Shown here in pieces: positions 48,484 through 60,155 of a DNA stretch of 64,000 nt. The notes beneath the pieces were generated by a model. It ran no database searches and was not told the DNA's origin. It saw only the letters and a program-made list of their open reading frames with translations. The DNA is from Gammaproteobacteria bacterium. Its GTDB lineage: Bacteria > Pseudomonadota > Gammaproteobacteria > Eutrophobiales > Eutrophobiaceae. Position 1 is the first letter of the stretch, and the number at the start of each line of letters is the position of its first letter. The position numbers were made by a program, and so were the translations under genes. The stretch is taken from NCBI GenBank assembly GCA_965116495.1, contig OZ220696.1, positions 224,001-288,000 on the forward strand, read 5' to 3'.

Positions 48484-50078
48484 TGGACAGCAGTGCCCGC
48501 GACTTGAATAACCAACTGGAGGCCGCATCGACGTTGATGCAACAGGGAAATCTACCTGCAGCAGAAGCAACAATCGCAAAACTCAAGACAACCCACGACT
48601 CCATTTCTGCCGTATGGGCATTGGCAAGTGAGATATCCTTACGCCAGGGCAAGACAGGTCATGCCTGGACGGAAATAAACCGTGCGGTGGGCCTTGACGC
48701 ACATAATGCCAGGCGGCACGTGCAGCGGGCGCGATGCGCTATTCTTGCCGGGTTTGTTTCAGAGGCGAAGCAGTCTGTTGAAGCCGCTACAATATCCGGG
48801 GTGACGGAAGTTGATGATCAGTTGATGCTGGCCTCTGTCCTGGTGCGTTGCGATGACCATGAGAGCGCACTTGCCTGGTACAAAAAAGCTGAGGTAATAC
48901 AGCCTGACCGAAATGAACTGCAACGCGGCATGGCTTCGGTTTACCGTTTTCTCGGCGATATACAAAAGGCTGAACAGGCTTGTGACAAGGCCCTGGCAAG
49001 CGAACCGCACGACTACGAAATGCTCAACCTTCGTTCGTCTTTGCGAAAGCACACAAAAGACAGTAATCATATACGGGAACTGAAAGAACTCCTGGGGATG
49101 GGAATCAGGAACTGGCGCGGGGCGGTACAGGTTGCCTATGCCGTATCCAAGGAACTTGAGGACATTGAAGAATACAATGAAGCATTTGAATACCTGGAAA
49201 AAGGTGCATCTTTAAGGCGCAGGAATCTGAAATATGACCTGAAAGATGACATTAAAATCTTTAATGCCATAATCAATGCTTTCACCGGAGAAGCCCTGCA
49301 GGCTGCTGCCGAACACGGTTACGCATCGGATGCGCCTGTCTTTATACTTGGTCTGCCGCGGACGGGATCAACGCTTGTCGAGCGTATTATTTCATCACAC
49401 AGCATGGTGATTTCAGCAGGTGAACTCAATGATTTTGCCCTGGAACTGTTGAAATTGACCGGTGCCGGCAACAAAGGCGGGCAACCTGCGCGATTGGATT
49501 TACCAAAGGCTTCACTAGAGGTCGATATGCACAGCCTTGGTCAAAATTATGTAAATGCTGTTAGGCCGCTGATCAAGGATACTCCCCGGTTTATTGATAA
49601 ACTCCCCCTGAACAGTCTTTATGTCGGGTTAATCTATCTCGCGTTGCCGCATGCCAAGGTGGTACATGTTAATCGCCATCCGGTGGATACCTGTTTTGCC
49701 ATATACAAATACCTGTTTAAAAATGCTTATCCGTTTTCGTACAATCTGGATGAACTGGGAGATTATTTTATCGGACATCACAGGTTGATGGAACACTGGC
49801 GGAAGATACTGCCGGACGGGTGGATGTATGACATCCTGTATGAAGATATCATCTCTAATCAGAAAGAGGCGACAGAGAACCTTCTTCATTATCTTGATTT
49901 GGAATGGGAAGACTCCTGTCTTGAATTTTATCTTAACGAGCAGGCATCCACGACGGGCAGTGCAAGCCAGGTACGAGAGCCATTGTACAAGTCGTCGGTG
50001 GGCAAATGGAGTTACTATGAAAAGCAGTTGCTGCCACTGGTTGATAAACTGAAAAACGCCGGTATCAACATCGATTGA
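48483..50078 (+). CDS. TPR-repeat sulfotransferase family protein
   Basis: TPR-like helices, then FILGLPRTGSTLVERI, FIDKLPLN, R.P.D, YED, TGSASQVREP. Confidence 0.9.
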   Translation: MDSSARDLNNQLEAASTLMQQGNLPAAEATIAKLKTTHDSISAVWALASEISLRQGKTGHAWTEINRAVGLDAHNARRHVQRARCAILAGFVSEAKQSVEAATISGVTEVDDQLMLASVLVRCDDHESALAWYKKAEVIQPDRNELQRGMASVYRFLGDIQKAEQACDKALASEPHDYEMLNLRSSLRKHTKDSNHIRELKELLGMGIRNWRGAVQVAYAVSKELEDIEEYNEAFEYLEKGASLRRRNLKYDLKDDIKIFNAIINAFTGEALQAAAEHGYASDAPVFILGLPRTGSTLVERIISSHSMVISAGELNDFALELLKLTGAGNKGGQPARLDLPKASLEVDMHSLGQNYVNAVRPLIKDTPRFIDKLPLNSLYVGLIYLALPHAKVVHVNRHPVDTCFAIYKYLFKNAYPFSYNLDELGDYFIGHHRLMEHWRKILPDGWMYDILYEDIISNQKEATENLLHYLDLEWEDSCLEFYLNEQASTTGSASQVREPLYKSSVGKWSYYEKQLLPLVDKLKNAGINID

Positions 50079-50104
50079 TCAAAGCCTGAACGGGGAGAAC
50101 GCCT

Positions 50105-51094
50105 ATGCTTTACCGGATTCCAAAATGCCTCCTGTTTGTTACATCTATGGGTCTTTTTGGTCTTTATACCTGCCCTGTAATCTCAGGACCGGTCCGCGAC
50201 ATGGATATGACCTGGGTGGAAAAGTATGTCACATACACTCAGGACCATCACGGACAGTTGAATGCTACCGATTTTCATTTTCTGGCGGAGGTCATTTATG
50301 CGAAAAGATCAACGATCAAAAATGTAGACTCTTTCCTGTACGTTAAAGGGAGCGATACGCCTCTGGCAAGCTACACTGAAAAAGATCCGTACGCATTCAC
50401 AAACGGCCTGTTCTACACAAGAAAATCAAAGTCCTATGATGATCTGACGTCGCTTGAGGCTGCACATCCTGCCTCCACCCGGTATGTATGGGAAATACAT
50501 GGGCCCGGGGGGAATATTCAACTCGATCCGATACGGATTGGCGGACCGGAATTACGTACCCAAATCCCGGACATGAGTCCGATTTACCTGTCCCAGTCCG
50601 GTCAGCCGGTGACCGACTTTAATAATATAGATCCTGATATGTCACTGGGTATCGGTTGGGACCCGTTTACCATTGGCGCTCCCCTGGAAGGAACCAACTG
50701 GGATGACCTGGTATTTGTGCTGGTCAGTGACTGTCATGGCAAGGTCATATATACCAGCGGCGCACCGGAGGATGAGGACGGGTTTGCCGACTTCAGTGCA
50801 ACGTCAACGGAAATGCCGCCAGCGTTACTGGAACCCGGGATGGGCTACGTAGTGTTCATCTCCCAGGTCAATTATGTGGATGCGAATGTCAGTCATGGCA
50901 TTGAACAATTGGCGGCGAATTCATTCGCGGTGGAACTGGAGGTCAGGACTGCAGGCCAAATAGACCCGGCCCGAACCTGTCCGGAACCGGCGTACAAGGC
51001 CGCTTACCTGTGGTCCGGGAGAACACCTGCCGGGACCGGGATGGTCCCGTGGCCGGCCTTTCTGGACCCGTCGAATACAACACCAGAGGATTAA
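50105..51094 (+). CDS. Hypothetical exported protein
   Basis: 329-aa ORF, GGAG RBS, signal-like N-terminus, beta-rich; family not recognised. Confidence 0.7.
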   Translation: MLYRIPKCLLFVTSMGLFGLYTCPVISGPVRDMDMTWVEKYVTYTQDHHGQLNATDFHFLAEVIYAKRSTIKNVDSFLYVKGSDTPLASYTEKDPYAFTNGLFYTRKSKSYDDLTSLEAAHPASTRYVWEIHGPGGNIQLDPIRIGGPELRTQIPDMSPIYLSQSGQPVTDFNNIDPDMSLGIGWDPFTIGAPLEGTNWDDLVFVLVSDCHGKVIYTSGAPEDEDGFADFSATSTEMPPALLEPGMGYVVFISQVNYVDANVSHGIEQLAANSFAVELEVRTAGQIDPARTCPEPAYKAAYLWSGRTPAGTGMVPWPAFLDPSNTTPED

Positions 51095-51097
51095 ACT

Positions 51098-51820
51098 TTG
51101 GCTGAGGCGATAAGACATAACATTAATTGTGCTGATTTATTTCCGGTTCCCCTGGTCATTGATAATTTTGGAGAGAGCGCCAGGGAGTTAAACCGGAGAT
51201 TAATGGACGATATTCATATCGAGATGAAACAGGAAGCCGCTTCTGCCTCAAGGAGTTTTGTTTCAGCGTGGCAATCGGAATCCGGGCTCGAAAAGAAGTA
51301 TGCTTCTTTTCTGGAACTGCAAAACCACATTGAGGCAACTGCCGCGACCTACCTGGCTCATATCAAATTCGCTGAAACCATTTCCGTTAAATGTGCCGGT
51401 TTATGGGCGAACTGTATGTCAGGTGGAGGGGGACATTCGATGTATCACATTCATGGTTCCGGCGCGGTCATCGCGACAGGTGTCTATTATCCGGCATCGC
51501 TGATGAAGGATGGGGAAAGCAAGGAAGAAGACCTGGATGATTTCAACCCGCAAACCATCTTCAGGGAAACCGGAGTAGGCGGGGAACTAATCATATATGA
51601 TCCCAGTTATATAATTAAAAGACAGGTAATCAAACCATCGGGATCACACTACTACGAAGCGATTAAAGAGATATCTCCCAGGGAATCCCTGTTAATCCTG
51701 TTCCCTCAATACCTTCCGCATTCCGTCGAGCCGTTGCTTGATGATCAATTCAAACGCTACAGTATTTCCTTTACCATTGAAAAGGTCCGGGGTGAACAGT
51801 TAAAGTTGAGACGGGTTTAG
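51098..51820 (+). CDS. Putative 2OG-Fe(II) oxygenase (TIGR02466-like)
   Basis: LFP.P, W.S, WAN, H.H, GVYY, LFP.YLPHSV.P, R.SISF. Confidence 0.8.
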   Translation: MAEAIRHNINCADLFPVPLVIDNFGESARELNRRLMDDIHIEMKQEAASASRSFVSAWQSESGLEKKYASFLELQNHIEATAATYLAHIKFAETISVKCAGLWANCMSGGGGHSMYHIHGSGAVIATGVYYPASLMKDGESKEEDLDDFNPQTIFRETGVGGELIIYDPSYIIKRQVIKPSGSHYYEAIKEISPRESLLILFPQYLPHSVEPLLDDQFKRYSISFTIEKVRGEQLKLRRV

Positions 51821-51855
51821 TCAAAACTTGCATTTTTTTTATGCCGTGATACAGG

Positions 51856-51861
51856 TATAAT
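51856..51861 (+). promoter_or_regulatory. Perfect -10 box 8 nt upstream of the nuoA ATG
   Basis: TATAAT at 51856-61; no SD; no correctly spaced -35. Confidence 0.45.
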
Positions 51862-51869
51862 CTCCGTTC

Positions 51870-52226
51870 ATGCTGGAAAATTATCTACCAATACTGATCT
51901 TCCTGATCGTCGGGCTGGGGTTCGGCGGGATATTGTTTGTCCTCGGTTATTTTCTCGGGCCGAACAGCCCCGACGAAGCGAAACAGTCACCTTACGAATG
52001 CGGGTTTGATGCCTTCGAAGACGCCAGAATTCAATTCGACGTACGCTATTACCTCATTGCCATCCTGTTTATAATCTTTGACTTGGAAATTGCCTTTTTC
52101 TTTCCCTGGGCGGTCGCCCTGCGGGAGATAGGCATGGTCGGTTTCTGGGCCATGATGCTGTTCCTTGCAGTCCTCGTGGTCGGCTTCATCTACGAGTGGC
52201 GTAAGGGCGCCCTGGAATGGGAGTAA
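51870..52226 (+). CDS. nuoA: NADH-quinone oxidoreductase subunit A
   Basis: K.SPYECGF, FDLE, YEW.KGALEWE. Confidence 0.97.
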   Translation: MLENYLPILIFLIVGLGFGGILFVLGYFLGPNSPDEAKQSPYECGFDAFEDARIQFDVRYYLIAILFIIFDLEIAFFFPWAVALREIGMVGFWAMMLFLAVLVVGFIYEWRKGALEWE

Positions 52227-52230
52227 CAGA

Positions 52231-52716
52231 ATGAATTCCGAAGAACAGATTCACCACCAGGGTATCGTTACTACCACGGTGGATAACCTGGTGAACTGGG
52301 CGCGTACCGGTTCCTTGTGGCCGATGACGTTCGGCCTGGCCTGTTGTGCAGTGGAAATGATGCATGCGGGCGCCTCGCGTTACGACCTGGACCGGTTCGG
52401 TGTCATATTTCGCCCGAGCCCCAGGCAATCAGACGTCATGATCGTTGCGGGAACACTGGTTAACAAGATGGCGCCTGCGTTGCGCAGGGTTTATGACCAG
52501 ATGCCGGATCCCAAGTGGGTGATCTCGATGGGGTCCTGTGCCAACGGCGGTGGCTATTACCATTATTCCTATTCCGTTGTACGCGGCTGCGACCGCATTG
52601 TCCCGGTGGATATCTATGTACCGGGTTGCCCACCCACTGCAGAAGCCCTGTTGTTCGGCGTATTGCAATTACAGAAAAAGATCAAGCGTACCGGCACCAA
52701 TACGATCAGAAGATAG
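52231..52716 (+). CDS. nuoB: NADH-quinone oxidoreductase subunit B
   Basis: [27 protein letters not shown]. Confidence 0.97.
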   Translation: MNSEEQIHHQGIVTTTVDNLVNWARTGSLWPMTFGLACCAVEMMHAGASRYDLDRFGVIFRPSPRQSDVMIVAGTLVNKMAPALRRVYDQMPDPKWVISMGSCANGGGYYHYSYSVVRGCDRIVPVDIYVPGCPPTAEALLFGVLQLQKKIKRTGTNTIRR

Positions 52717-52743
52717 GACAGCTTGATTTTACGTTAAACGGCT

Positions 52744-53418
52744 ATGGATACGCTTATCAACGACCTGCGCGAGCGTCTGGGCGCCAGAATCATCAATGAC
52801 AAGCTCGAAACGGGTCAGGTAACCATTGAGGTCAACGCCGCTGACCTGACTGATGTATGTCTTATCCTGCGGGACGATGAGGCCCTGGTATTCAACCAGT
52901 TATCCGATTTGTGCGGGGTCGATTACCTGTCCTACGGCAAGGCGGACTGGGAAACCCAGGATACGACCCGTACCGGTTTCAGCCGCGGGGTCAGCCAGGG
53001 TGTTTATATCGATACCCAGGATATCGACGACCGTTTTGCGGTGGTCTACCACCTGTTGTCGTTAAAACATAACCGGCGCCTCAGGCTGCGCAGTTTTATC
53101 TCCGGCCAACCGGCCAGGATTGCTTCGGTAACCCCCATCTGGGCCGGCGCCGACTGGTTCGAACGGGAAGCCTTTGACCTGTTCGGCATCATGTTCGACG
53201 GACATCCCGACCTGAGACGCATACTGACCGACTATGGGTTCAGGGGGCACCCGTTCCGCAAGGATTTTCCGCTGGAGGGCAACGTGGAGGTTCGTTATGA
53301 CCCGGAGCAGGGGCGGGTCGTGTACCAGCCTGTGACGATCAAGAACCGCGTGCTGGTCCCCAAGACGATACGCCACGATAACCGCTACGCTGGACCGGGA
53401 GAAAACCATGGCGATTGA
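52744..53418 (+). CDS. nuoC: NADH-quinone oxidoreductase subunit C
   Basis: [34 protein letters not shown]. Confidence 0.97.
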   Translation: MDTLINDLRERLGARIINDKLETGQVTIEVNAADLTDVCLILRDDEALVFNQLSDLCGVDYLSYGKADWETQDTTRTGFSRGVSQGVYIDTQDIDDRFAVVYHLLSLKHNRRLRLRSFISGQPARIASVTPIWAGADWFEREAFDLFGIMFDGHPDLRRILTDYGFRGHPFRKDFPLEGNVEVRYDPEQGRVVYQPVTIKNRVLVPKTIRHDNRYAGPGENHGD

Positions 53419-53438
53419 CCTGGTTAACAATGATATTT

Positions 53439-53481
53439 GGGGTCAGAGCAAAAACTCCCCTGGAGTTTTTGCTCTGACCCC
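53439..53481. repeat. REP-like palindrome (GGGGTCAGAG family)
   Basis: GGGGTCAGAGCAAAAACTCC-CCT-GGAGTTTTTGCTCTGACCCC, perfect 20-bp stem. Confidence 0.85.
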
Positions 53482-53495
53482 TGGAAGTTTTAAAA

Positions 53496-54749
53496 ATGCC
53501 TGAAATCAGGAACATGACGATGAACTTCGGCCCGCAGCACCCGGCGGCTCACGGGGTGTTGCGCCTGGTGTTGGAGATGGACGGGGAGGTGATCGAGCGA
53601 GCCGACCCGCATATCGGGTTACTGCATCGCGCGACCGAAAAACTGGCCGAGAGCAAGCCTTATAACCAGAGTATCGGTTACATGGACCGCCTCGATTACG
53701 TGTCCATGATGTGCAATGAACATGCTTACGTGCTGGCCATTGAAAAATTGCTGGGTGTGACGCCACCCATACGGGCCCGTTATATCCGGGTAATGTTCGA
53801 TGAGATCACCCGTGTGCTTAATCACCTGATGTGGCTGGGTGCCCACGGTCTGGACATCGGCGCCATGAGCATATTCCTGTATTGCTTCCGGGAACGGGAA
53901 GACCTGATGGATTGTTACGAAGCGGTGTCAGGCACGAGAATGCATGCAACCTATTACCGGCCGGGTGGTGTGTACCGAGACCTGCCGGCGGAAATGCCGC
54001 GCTACCAGGTGACGGTGAACCGTTCAAAGGCAGAGGTAAATAAATTAAACGAGACGCGCCAGGGTTCCCTGCTCGATTTTATCGCGACGTTTACCGAACG
54101 TTTTCCGGATCGCATTGACGAATATGAAACCCTGTTGACCGACAACCGGATCTGGAAGCAGCGCACGGTAGGAATAGGCGTGGTCTCAGCAGAGAGGGCG
54201 ATACAGCTCGGCTTTACCGGCCCCATGTTGCGCGGCTCGGGCGTAGAGTGGGACCTGCGCAGAAAACAGCCTTACGAAGTTTATAACCAACTGGATTTTG
54301 CCATTCCCGTCGGCGCCAATGGAGATTGTTATGATCGTTACCTGGTGCGCGTTGAGGAGATGCGCCAGTCAAATGCAATCATCAGGCAATGTGTGGACTG
54401 GCTGCGGAGTAATCCCGGGCCGGTGATCATCGATGACCATAAACTGGTCCCACCCAGGAGGGAAACGATGAAAGATGACATGGAGTCGTTAATTCACCAT
54501 TTCAAGCTGTTTACCGAAGGTTACTGCGTGCCGGAAGGAGAGGTTTATGCAGCCGTGGAACACCCGAAAGGTGAGTTTGGGATATACCTGGTGTCGGACG
54601 GAGCCAACAAGCCGTATCGGTTGAAGATACGGCCTCCGGGTTTCGTCCACCTGGCGTCCCTGAATGAAATGGTGCAGGGACACATGCTGGCAGACGTGGT
54701 CGCAGTGATTGGGACGCAGGATGTCGTGTTCGGCGAAATCGATCGTTGA
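53496..54749 (+). CDS. nuoD: NADH-quinone oxidoreductase subunit D
   Basis: [33 protein letters not shown]. Confidence 0.98.
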   Translation: MPEIRNMTMNFGPQHPAAHGVLRLVLEMDGEVIERADPHIGLLHRATEKLAESKPYNQSIGYMDRLDYVSMMCNEHAYVLAIEKLLGVTPPIRARYIRVMFDEITRVLNHLMWLGAHGLDIGAMSIFLYCFREREDLMDCYEAVSGTRMHATYYRPGGVYRDLPAEMPRYQVTVNRSKAEVNKLNETRQGSLLDFIATFTERFPDRIDEYETLLTDNRIWKQRTVGIGVVSAERAIQLGFTGPMLRGSGVEWDLRRKQPYEVYNQLDFAIPVGANGDCYDRYLVRVEEMRQSNAIIRQCVDWLRSNPGPVIIDDHKLVPPRRETMKDDMESLIHHFKLFTEGYCVPEGEVYAAVEHPKGEFGIYLVSDGANKPYRLKIRPPGFVHLASLNEMVQGHMLADVVAVIGTQDVVFGEIDR

Positions 54750-54767
54750 CCGGCCACCGGGTATGTA

Positions 54768-55268
54768 ATGAGGATGACCACGACCAAACAAAAATTACCT
54801 CTGCGCGTCAGGAAAGAAATTGATCGCTGGACCGCCATATTCCCGGCGGATCAGAAGCAGTCCGCCGTGCTCGCGGCATTACGCGAGGCGCAGCATGAGA
54901 ACGGGGGGTACCTGACCAGGGAGCTGATGGACGCGGTCGCCGATTACCTGCAGATGCCGCGCATCGCGGTGTATGAGGCGGCCAGCTTTTATTCCATGCT
55001 GGAAACCGAACCGTGCGGCCGTCACAGCGTGTCCGTATGCACCAATATCTCCTGCATGTTGCGTGGAGCGGATGATATCGTTGCTCATATTGAAGGCAAG
55101 CTGGGGGTTAAAGTCGGTGGGACCACCGGTGACAATCGCATTTACCTGAAACAGGAAGAGGAGTGTCTGGCCGCCTGTTGCGGGGCGCCCATGATGATGG
55201 TCGATCATAAATACTATGAAAACCTGACTCCCGATATCGTGGATGAAGTGCTGGACGGGCTGGACTGA
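54768..55268 (+). CDS. nuoE: NADH-quinone oxidoreductase subunit E
   Basis: [21 protein letters not shown] 2Fe-2S motifs. Confidence 0.96.
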   Translation: MRMTTTKQKLPLRVRKEIDRWTAIFPADQKQSAVLAALREAQHENGGYLTRELMDAVADYLQMPRIAVYEAASFYSMLETEPCGRHSVSVCTNISCMLRGADDIVAHIEGKLGVKVGGTTGDNRIYLKQEEECLAACCGAPMMMVDHKYYENLTPDIVDEVLDGLD

Positions 55269-56557
55269 TGGACAGGAACGCAATCAACTCGGTTTGTTAC
55301 GCCACCCTCGGGTTTGACCAGCCCTGGACCCTGGAGAATTACTACCGGGTAGACGGTTACAAGGCCTGGAAGAAAATTCTTGATGAAAAAATTCCGCCCC
55401 GCGAGGTAACGGAAGAGATCAAGGGCTCGGGATTGCGCGGTCGCGGTGGTGCAGGGTTCCCCACGGGGTTGAAATGGAGTTTCATGAATCCCGATGCGCC
55501 CAACCCGAAATATGTCGTCTGCAATTCCGACGAGAGCGAACCGGGCACCTGCAAGGACCGGGATATCCTGCGCTTCAATCCCCACTCCCTGGTTGAAGGC
55601 CTTGCCATTGCCTGCTATGCCATGGGCGCATCAGTGGCTTATAATTATATCCGCGGCGAGTTCATGCAAGAACCGTACGAACGCTTTGAGAATGCCTTGA
55701 AGGAAGCCTACGACGCGGGTTTTCTGGGGAAGGATATCTGTGGTTCGGGAATAGACATCGATATTTATTCGGTGCTGGGCGCCGGCGCCTATATATGCGG
55801 GGAAGAGACGGCCCTGCTGGAATCCCTGGAAGGGAAACCCGGCAAGCCCAGGTTCAAACCGCCGTTTCCTGCGCAATACGGTTTATACGGTAAGCCCACA
55901 ACGCTCAACAACACGGAAAGCTTCTGTTCCGCGCCGACAATCATGTTGAAGGGCGCACGCTGGTTTGCCGATGTGGGAGTGGAGAACAGCGGCGGCACCA
56001 AGTGTTTTTCCGTGAGCGGCCACGTGGCAAAACCGGGCAATTTTGAGGTGCCCCTGGGTCTGCCGTTTCGCGAGTTGCTGGACATGGCCGGCGGTATGTG
56101 GCATGGGAGGAAATTGAAAGCGGTGATTCCCGGCGGTTCATCGGTGCCGGTGGTGCCGGGAGAGATCATGCTGGAAGCCAATATGGATTATGATTCCCTG
56201 CGCGCGGCGGGTTCATCCATCGGTTCCGGCGCGGTGGTGGTCATGGACGAGACCACCTGCATGGTCAGGATGCTGCAGCGTATCTCCAGGTTTTATTTTG
56301 CCGAATCATGCGGCCAGTGCACCCCGTGCCGCGAGGGAACCGGCTGGCTGTACCGTATGCTGTCCCGCATTATCGACGGCCGGGGCCGGATGGCAGACCT
56401 GGACAAGCTGGTTGACGTGGCCAACAAGATAGAAGGGCGGACTATCTGCGCCCTGGGTGATGCCGCGGCATGGCCGGTACAGAGTTTCATGAAACATTAC
56501 CGGCACGAATTCGAATACATGATAGAAAACCAGGGCCGCTCAATTATTAATGTCTGA
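55268..56557 (+). CDS. nuoF: NADH-quinone oxidoreductase subunit F
   Basis: [36 protein letters not shown]. Confidence 0.98.
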   Translation: MDRNAINSVCYATLGFDQPWTLENYYRVDGYKAWKKILDEKIPPREVTEEIKGSGLRGRGGAGFPTGLKWSFMNPDAPNPKYVVCNSDESEPGTCKDRDILRFNPHSLVEGLAIACYAMGASVAYNYIRGEFMQEPYERFENALKEAYDAGFLGKDICGSGIDIDIYSVLGAGAYICGEETALLESLEGKPGKPRFKPPFPAQYGLYGKPTTLNNTESFCSAPTIMLKGARWFADVGVENSGGTKCFSVSGHVAKPGNFEVPLGLPFRELLDMAGGMWHGRKLKAVIPGGSSVPVVPGEIMLEANMDYDSLRAAGSSIGSGAVVVMDETTCMVRMLQRISRFYFAESCGQCTPCREGTGWLYRMLSRIIDGRGRMADLDKLVDVANKIEGRTICALGDAAAWPVQSFMKHYRHEFEYMIENQGRSIINV

Positions 56558-58919
56558 TAATTCCATAACACTTGAGATTGACGGCCGGGAAGTCGAGGCC
56601 CGGCCCGGCCAGATGCTGATCGAGGTGACTGATCGGATCGGGAACTACGTGCCGCGCTTCTGTTACCACGACAAGCTGACCGTCGCGGCAAACTGCAGGA
56701 TGTGCCTGGTGGAAGTGGAAAAGGCGCCCAAGCCTTTACCGGCTTGCGCCACACCGGTTATGAACGGCATGAAAGTTCATACAAAATCGGAACTGGCGCT
56801 GGAAGCGCAGAAATCAGTCATGGAATTTCTACTGATTAACCATCCCCTGGATTGCCCTATCTGCGACCAGGGTGGGGAGTGTGAATTGCAGGACCTGGCA
56901 ATGGGTTACGGCAGGGACGTATCCCGTTACCAGGAAAAGAAACGGGTCGTGAAGGACAAGAACATAGGTCCCCTGGTACAGACGGACATGACCCGGTGTA
57001 TCCACTGTACCCGCTGCGTACGTTTCGGCGAGGAGATCGCAGGTTTGCGCGAACTGGGCGCAACCGGGCGCAGTGAGTTCATGGAGATCGGCACCTACAT
57101 CGAAAAGAGTATGGATTCCGAATTGTCCGGCAACGTGATTGACCTGTGTCCGGTCGGCGCACTCACTTCCAAACCGTTCCGGTATACCGCACGCACCTGG
57201 GAGATGACCCAGCACAGCGGAATCGGGGTGCACGATGCGGTGGGTTCAAACCTTCACTTTCATGTAAAGGATGATCGGATAAAACGGGTTGTGCCCGCAG
57301 ACAATGAAGACATCAACGAGGTCTGGCTGTCGGACCGCGATCGATTCAGTTATGAAGGGCTGAATAGTGCCGGGCGTCTTACGGCTCCCATGGTCAGGGA
57401 TGAACATGGCTGGCGGGAAGTCGATTGGAATACGGCGCTCAACCATGTAAAGGGCAAGCTGCGTAGCGTGACTGAGCAGCATGGCGCAGATCAGGTCGGT
57501 GCATTGGTCTCTCCTTCGGCCACTTCCGAGGAACTTTACCTGACGCAGAAATTCATGCGGAAACTGGGGTCCGGCAATATCGATCATCGATTGCGGCAAA
57601 CGGATTTCAGTGACCAGTCAGTGGCCCCGGCGTACCCGGGATTGGGGATGTCCCTGGCCGACGTTGAGCGGCTTGAAGCGGTCCTGATAGTCGGTGGCTT
57701 TCCGCGCAAGGATCAGCCAATCTTCAATCACCGTTTGCGTAAAGCCGTCATGGCCGGCGCAGAAGTGATGGTGATCAACCCGGTAGACTTCAGTTTCAAT
57801 TATGAGATTGCCCATAAATGTATTGAATCACCCGCCAAACTCGTGCAGGAACTGGCCGCCGTACTGAAGGTTGCCGCCGGTAAGACGGACAAGGACAGCG
57901 CACACGCCCGCTTGCTGGAGGCACTACGGCCGAAGACCGTGCATAGAAACATTGCGAGGACGCTTTTGAATGCAGACAGGGCGGCGGTCTTCATCGGCAG
58001 CCTGGGCGTTTCCCACCCGCAGTTGTCCCTGTTGCGTTACCTGTCAGGATCATTGGCGCAACGGATTTCGGGCACTTTCGGTTACCTGGAGAACGGGGCG
58101 AACAGTGCCGGGGCCTGGCTGACCGGGGCCATACCCCACAGGTTACCGGGTATGAACAATGCCACTGCCGGCGGCCTGGATGCCGGCGCCATGCTGACTG
58201 AACAACTGGCGGCCTACCTGTTGCTGGACGTGGAACCGGAGTTCGATTTTTTTGACGGAAACCTGGCTCGGGATGCGCTGCTCAAGGCTGCCTGTGTGGT
58301 TGCCGTAACAGGGTATAAAACAACGGCAGAGTATGCCGACGTGTTGCTGCCGATGGCAATGTATGCGGAAAATGCAGGTTCATACCTGAACATGGAGGGC
58401 CGGGGCCAATGTTTCAATAGGGTGGTATCGCCACCCGGGGGTGCCCGCCCGGCCTGGAAAATAGTCTGTTCCCTGGCAGGCAACCTGGGTCTTGACGGCT
58501 TCAGTTATAAGGGGTTCGAGGAAGTCCGGACAGAAGCGGCTGAAAAGATGGGGAATATACAACCGGATAATATGGATGCATGGACCACGCCTGAAGCAAT
58601 CCCGGCAAGTAGCGGGGACCTGCAGCGTATCGGTTATGTGCCCATGAATTCCGTTGATGCGCTGGTGCGCCATGCCCCGGCATTACAACAGACCGTGGAC
58701 GTAGCAGACGGGGTTGCTCATATCAACAGGAAGACGGCGCGCAGGTTGGGTGTGGCAGGAGAGGAGAATATCATGGTATCCAGCCAGGACAACGTTGTGC
58801 AGCTTCCCCTGCAGATCGATGACACCGTGGCGGATGACTGTGTGATGATACACGGTGGACACGCCGGCAGCGGCAGTCTGGGGCCGTTATCAGGCCCGGT
58901 TTCGGTTTCCAGGGTTTAA
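56550..58919 (+). CDS. nuoG: NADH-quinone oxidoreductase subunit G
   Basis: [34 protein letters not shown]. Confidence 0.98.
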   Translation: MSDNSITLEIDGREVEARPGQMLIEVTDRIGNYVPRFCYHDKLTVAANCRMCLVEVEKAPKPLPACATPVMNGMKVHTKSELALEAQKSVMEFLLINHPLDCPICDQGGECELQDLAMGYGRDVSRYQEKKRVVKDKNIGPLVQTDMTRCIHCTRCVRFGEEIAGLRELGATGRSEFMEIGTYIEKSMDSELSGNVIDLCPVGALTSKPFRYTARTWEMTQHSGIGVHDAVGSNLHFHVKDDRIKRVVPADNEDINEVWLSDRDRFSYEGLNSAGRLTAPMVRDEHGWREVDWNTALNHVKGKLRSVTEQHGADQVGALVSPSATSEELYLTQKFMRKLGSGNIDHRLRQTDFSDQSVAPAYPGLGMSLADVERLEAVLIVGGFPRKDQPIFNHRLRKAVMAGAEVMVINPVDFSFNYEIAHKCIESPAKLVQELAAVLKVAAGKTDKDSAHARLLEALRPKTVHRNIARTLLNADRAAVFIGSLGVSHPQLSLLRYLSGSLAQRISGTFGYLENGANSAGAWLTGAIPHRLPGMNNATAGGLDAGAMLTEQLAAYLLLDVEPEFDFFDGNLARDALLKAACVVAVTGYKTTAEYADVLLPMAMYAENAGSYLNMEGRGQCFNRVVSPPGGARPAWKIVCSLAGNLGLDGFSYKGFEEVRTEAAEKMGNIQPDNMDAWTTPEAIPASSGDLQRIGYVPMNSVDALVRHAPALQQTVDVADGVAHINRKTARRLGVAGEENIMVSSQDNVVQLPLQIDDTVADDCVMIHGGHAGSGSLGPLSGPVSVSRV

Positions 58920-58936
58920 TACGGGTTTCTGTCGCA

Positions 58937-60055
58937 ATGCTCGAATACCTGTTCAACATCATCAGCGATAATATCCTGGCGCCTGTGGTTGCCTGGCTTG
59001 TCCCGGACAATTATGCGGATTATTCGCTGTACACCCTGGAAGTACTGGTGAAAATCCTCGCCATAGTGATTCCCTTGCTCGTCGTTGTCGCTTACATGAC
59101 CTACGCGGAACGCAGGATCATCGGTTACATACAATGCAGGCTGGGACCGAACAGGGTCGGGTTTTTCGGTTTCCGTTTCTGGGGGCTGGGCCAGCCCATC
59201 GCCGATGCGGTCAAGCTTCTGTTCAAGGAAATTATTATTCCAACGGGGGCAAACAAACGCCTGTTCGTGATGGCGCCCATACTGGCCATTGCGCCGTCCC
59301 TTGCCGCCTGGGCCGTGATACCGTTTGCCGACACCCTGGTGCTGGCGGATATTAATGCAGGGTTGTTATACATCCTGGCCCTGACGTCATTAGCCGTATA
59401 CGGCATCATCATTGCAGGCTGGGCGTCAAATTCCAAGTACGCGTTCCTGGGCGCCATGCGCTCCGCCGCACAGATCGTTTCCTACGAGATTGCCATGGGC
59501 TTTGCGCTGGTATGTGTACTGATTGCCGCCGGCAGTTTAAACCTGGGTCAGATTACCGCGGCACAAAGCGGCAGTATCCTGCATTGGTACTGGTTGCCGC
59601 TGTTGCCGATTTTCCTGGTCTATTTTATATCCGGCGTGGCCGAGACCAACAGGGCGCCGTTTGACGTGGCCGAGGGTGAATCCGAACTTGTGGCCGGTTT
59701 CCACGTTGAATATGGCGGAATGGCATTTTCTATTTTCTTTATGGCGGAATATGCCAATATGGTGCTTATTGCCGTATTGACTGCCGTGCTGTTCTGTGGC
59801 GGGTGGCTGTCTCCCTTCCAGGGTTTGGCGCTGCTCGAAGGCATACCTTATATCACTGAACCGAATATAATGTGGCTGTTGTTAAAAACTTCGGTGTTTT
59901 TGTTCATGTTCCTGTGGTTCAGGGCAACATTCCCCCGTTACCGCTACGACCAGATTATGCGTCTTGGCTGGAAAGTATTCCTGCCCATCACCATTATCTG
60001 GATTGTGGTTATCTCCGGCATGGTCGTTGCAGAGGCGCCGCCGTGGTTTGACTGA
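58937..60055 (+). CDS. nuoH: NADH-quinone oxidoreductase subunit H
   Basis: [38 protein letters not shown]. Confidence 0.98.
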   Translation: MLEYLFNIISDNILAPVVAWLVPDNYADYSLYTLEVLVKILAIVIPLLVVVAYMTYAERRIIGYIQCRLGPNRVGFFGFRFWGLGQPIADAVKLLFKEIIIPTGANKRLFVMAPILAIAPSLAAWAVIPFADTLVLADINAGLLYILALTSLAVYGIIIAGWASNSKYAFLGAMRSAAQIVSYEIAMGFALVCVLIAAGSLNLGQITAAQSGSILHWYWLPLLPIFLVYFISGVAETNRAPFDVAEGESELVAGFHVEYGGMAFSIFFMAEYANMVLIAVLTAVLFCGGWLSPFQGLALLEGIPYITEPNIMWLLLKTSVFLFMFLWFRATFPRYRYDQIMRLGWKVFLPITIIWIVVISGMVVAEAPPWFD

Positions 60056-60069
60056 TAAAGAAGATATTT

Positions 60070-60140
60070 GGGGTCAGAGTAAAACGCTTAAAAGAATATA
60101 GGATAAGTGAGATAAATTTGCAGAGTTTTACTCTGACCCC
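60070..60140. repeat. REP-like inverted repeat (GGGGTCAGAG family) with 39-nt loop
   Basis: GGGGTCAGAGTAAAAC ... GTTTTACTCTGACCCC; same GATATTT left flank as the 53439 copy. Confidence 0.85.
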
Positions 60141-60155
60141 TGAATTGGCAAATTG

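Noticed and set aside
31991-51820. Complete ergothioneine or nicotinate degradation pathway
   Set aside because: Entry enzymes (ergothionase and thiourocanate hydratase; nicotinate hydroxylase and NicC) are not present in the window
13800-51860. Integrative element or prophage spanning the accessory region
   Set aside because: No integrase, tRNA att site, terminal direct repeats, or phage or conjugation genes
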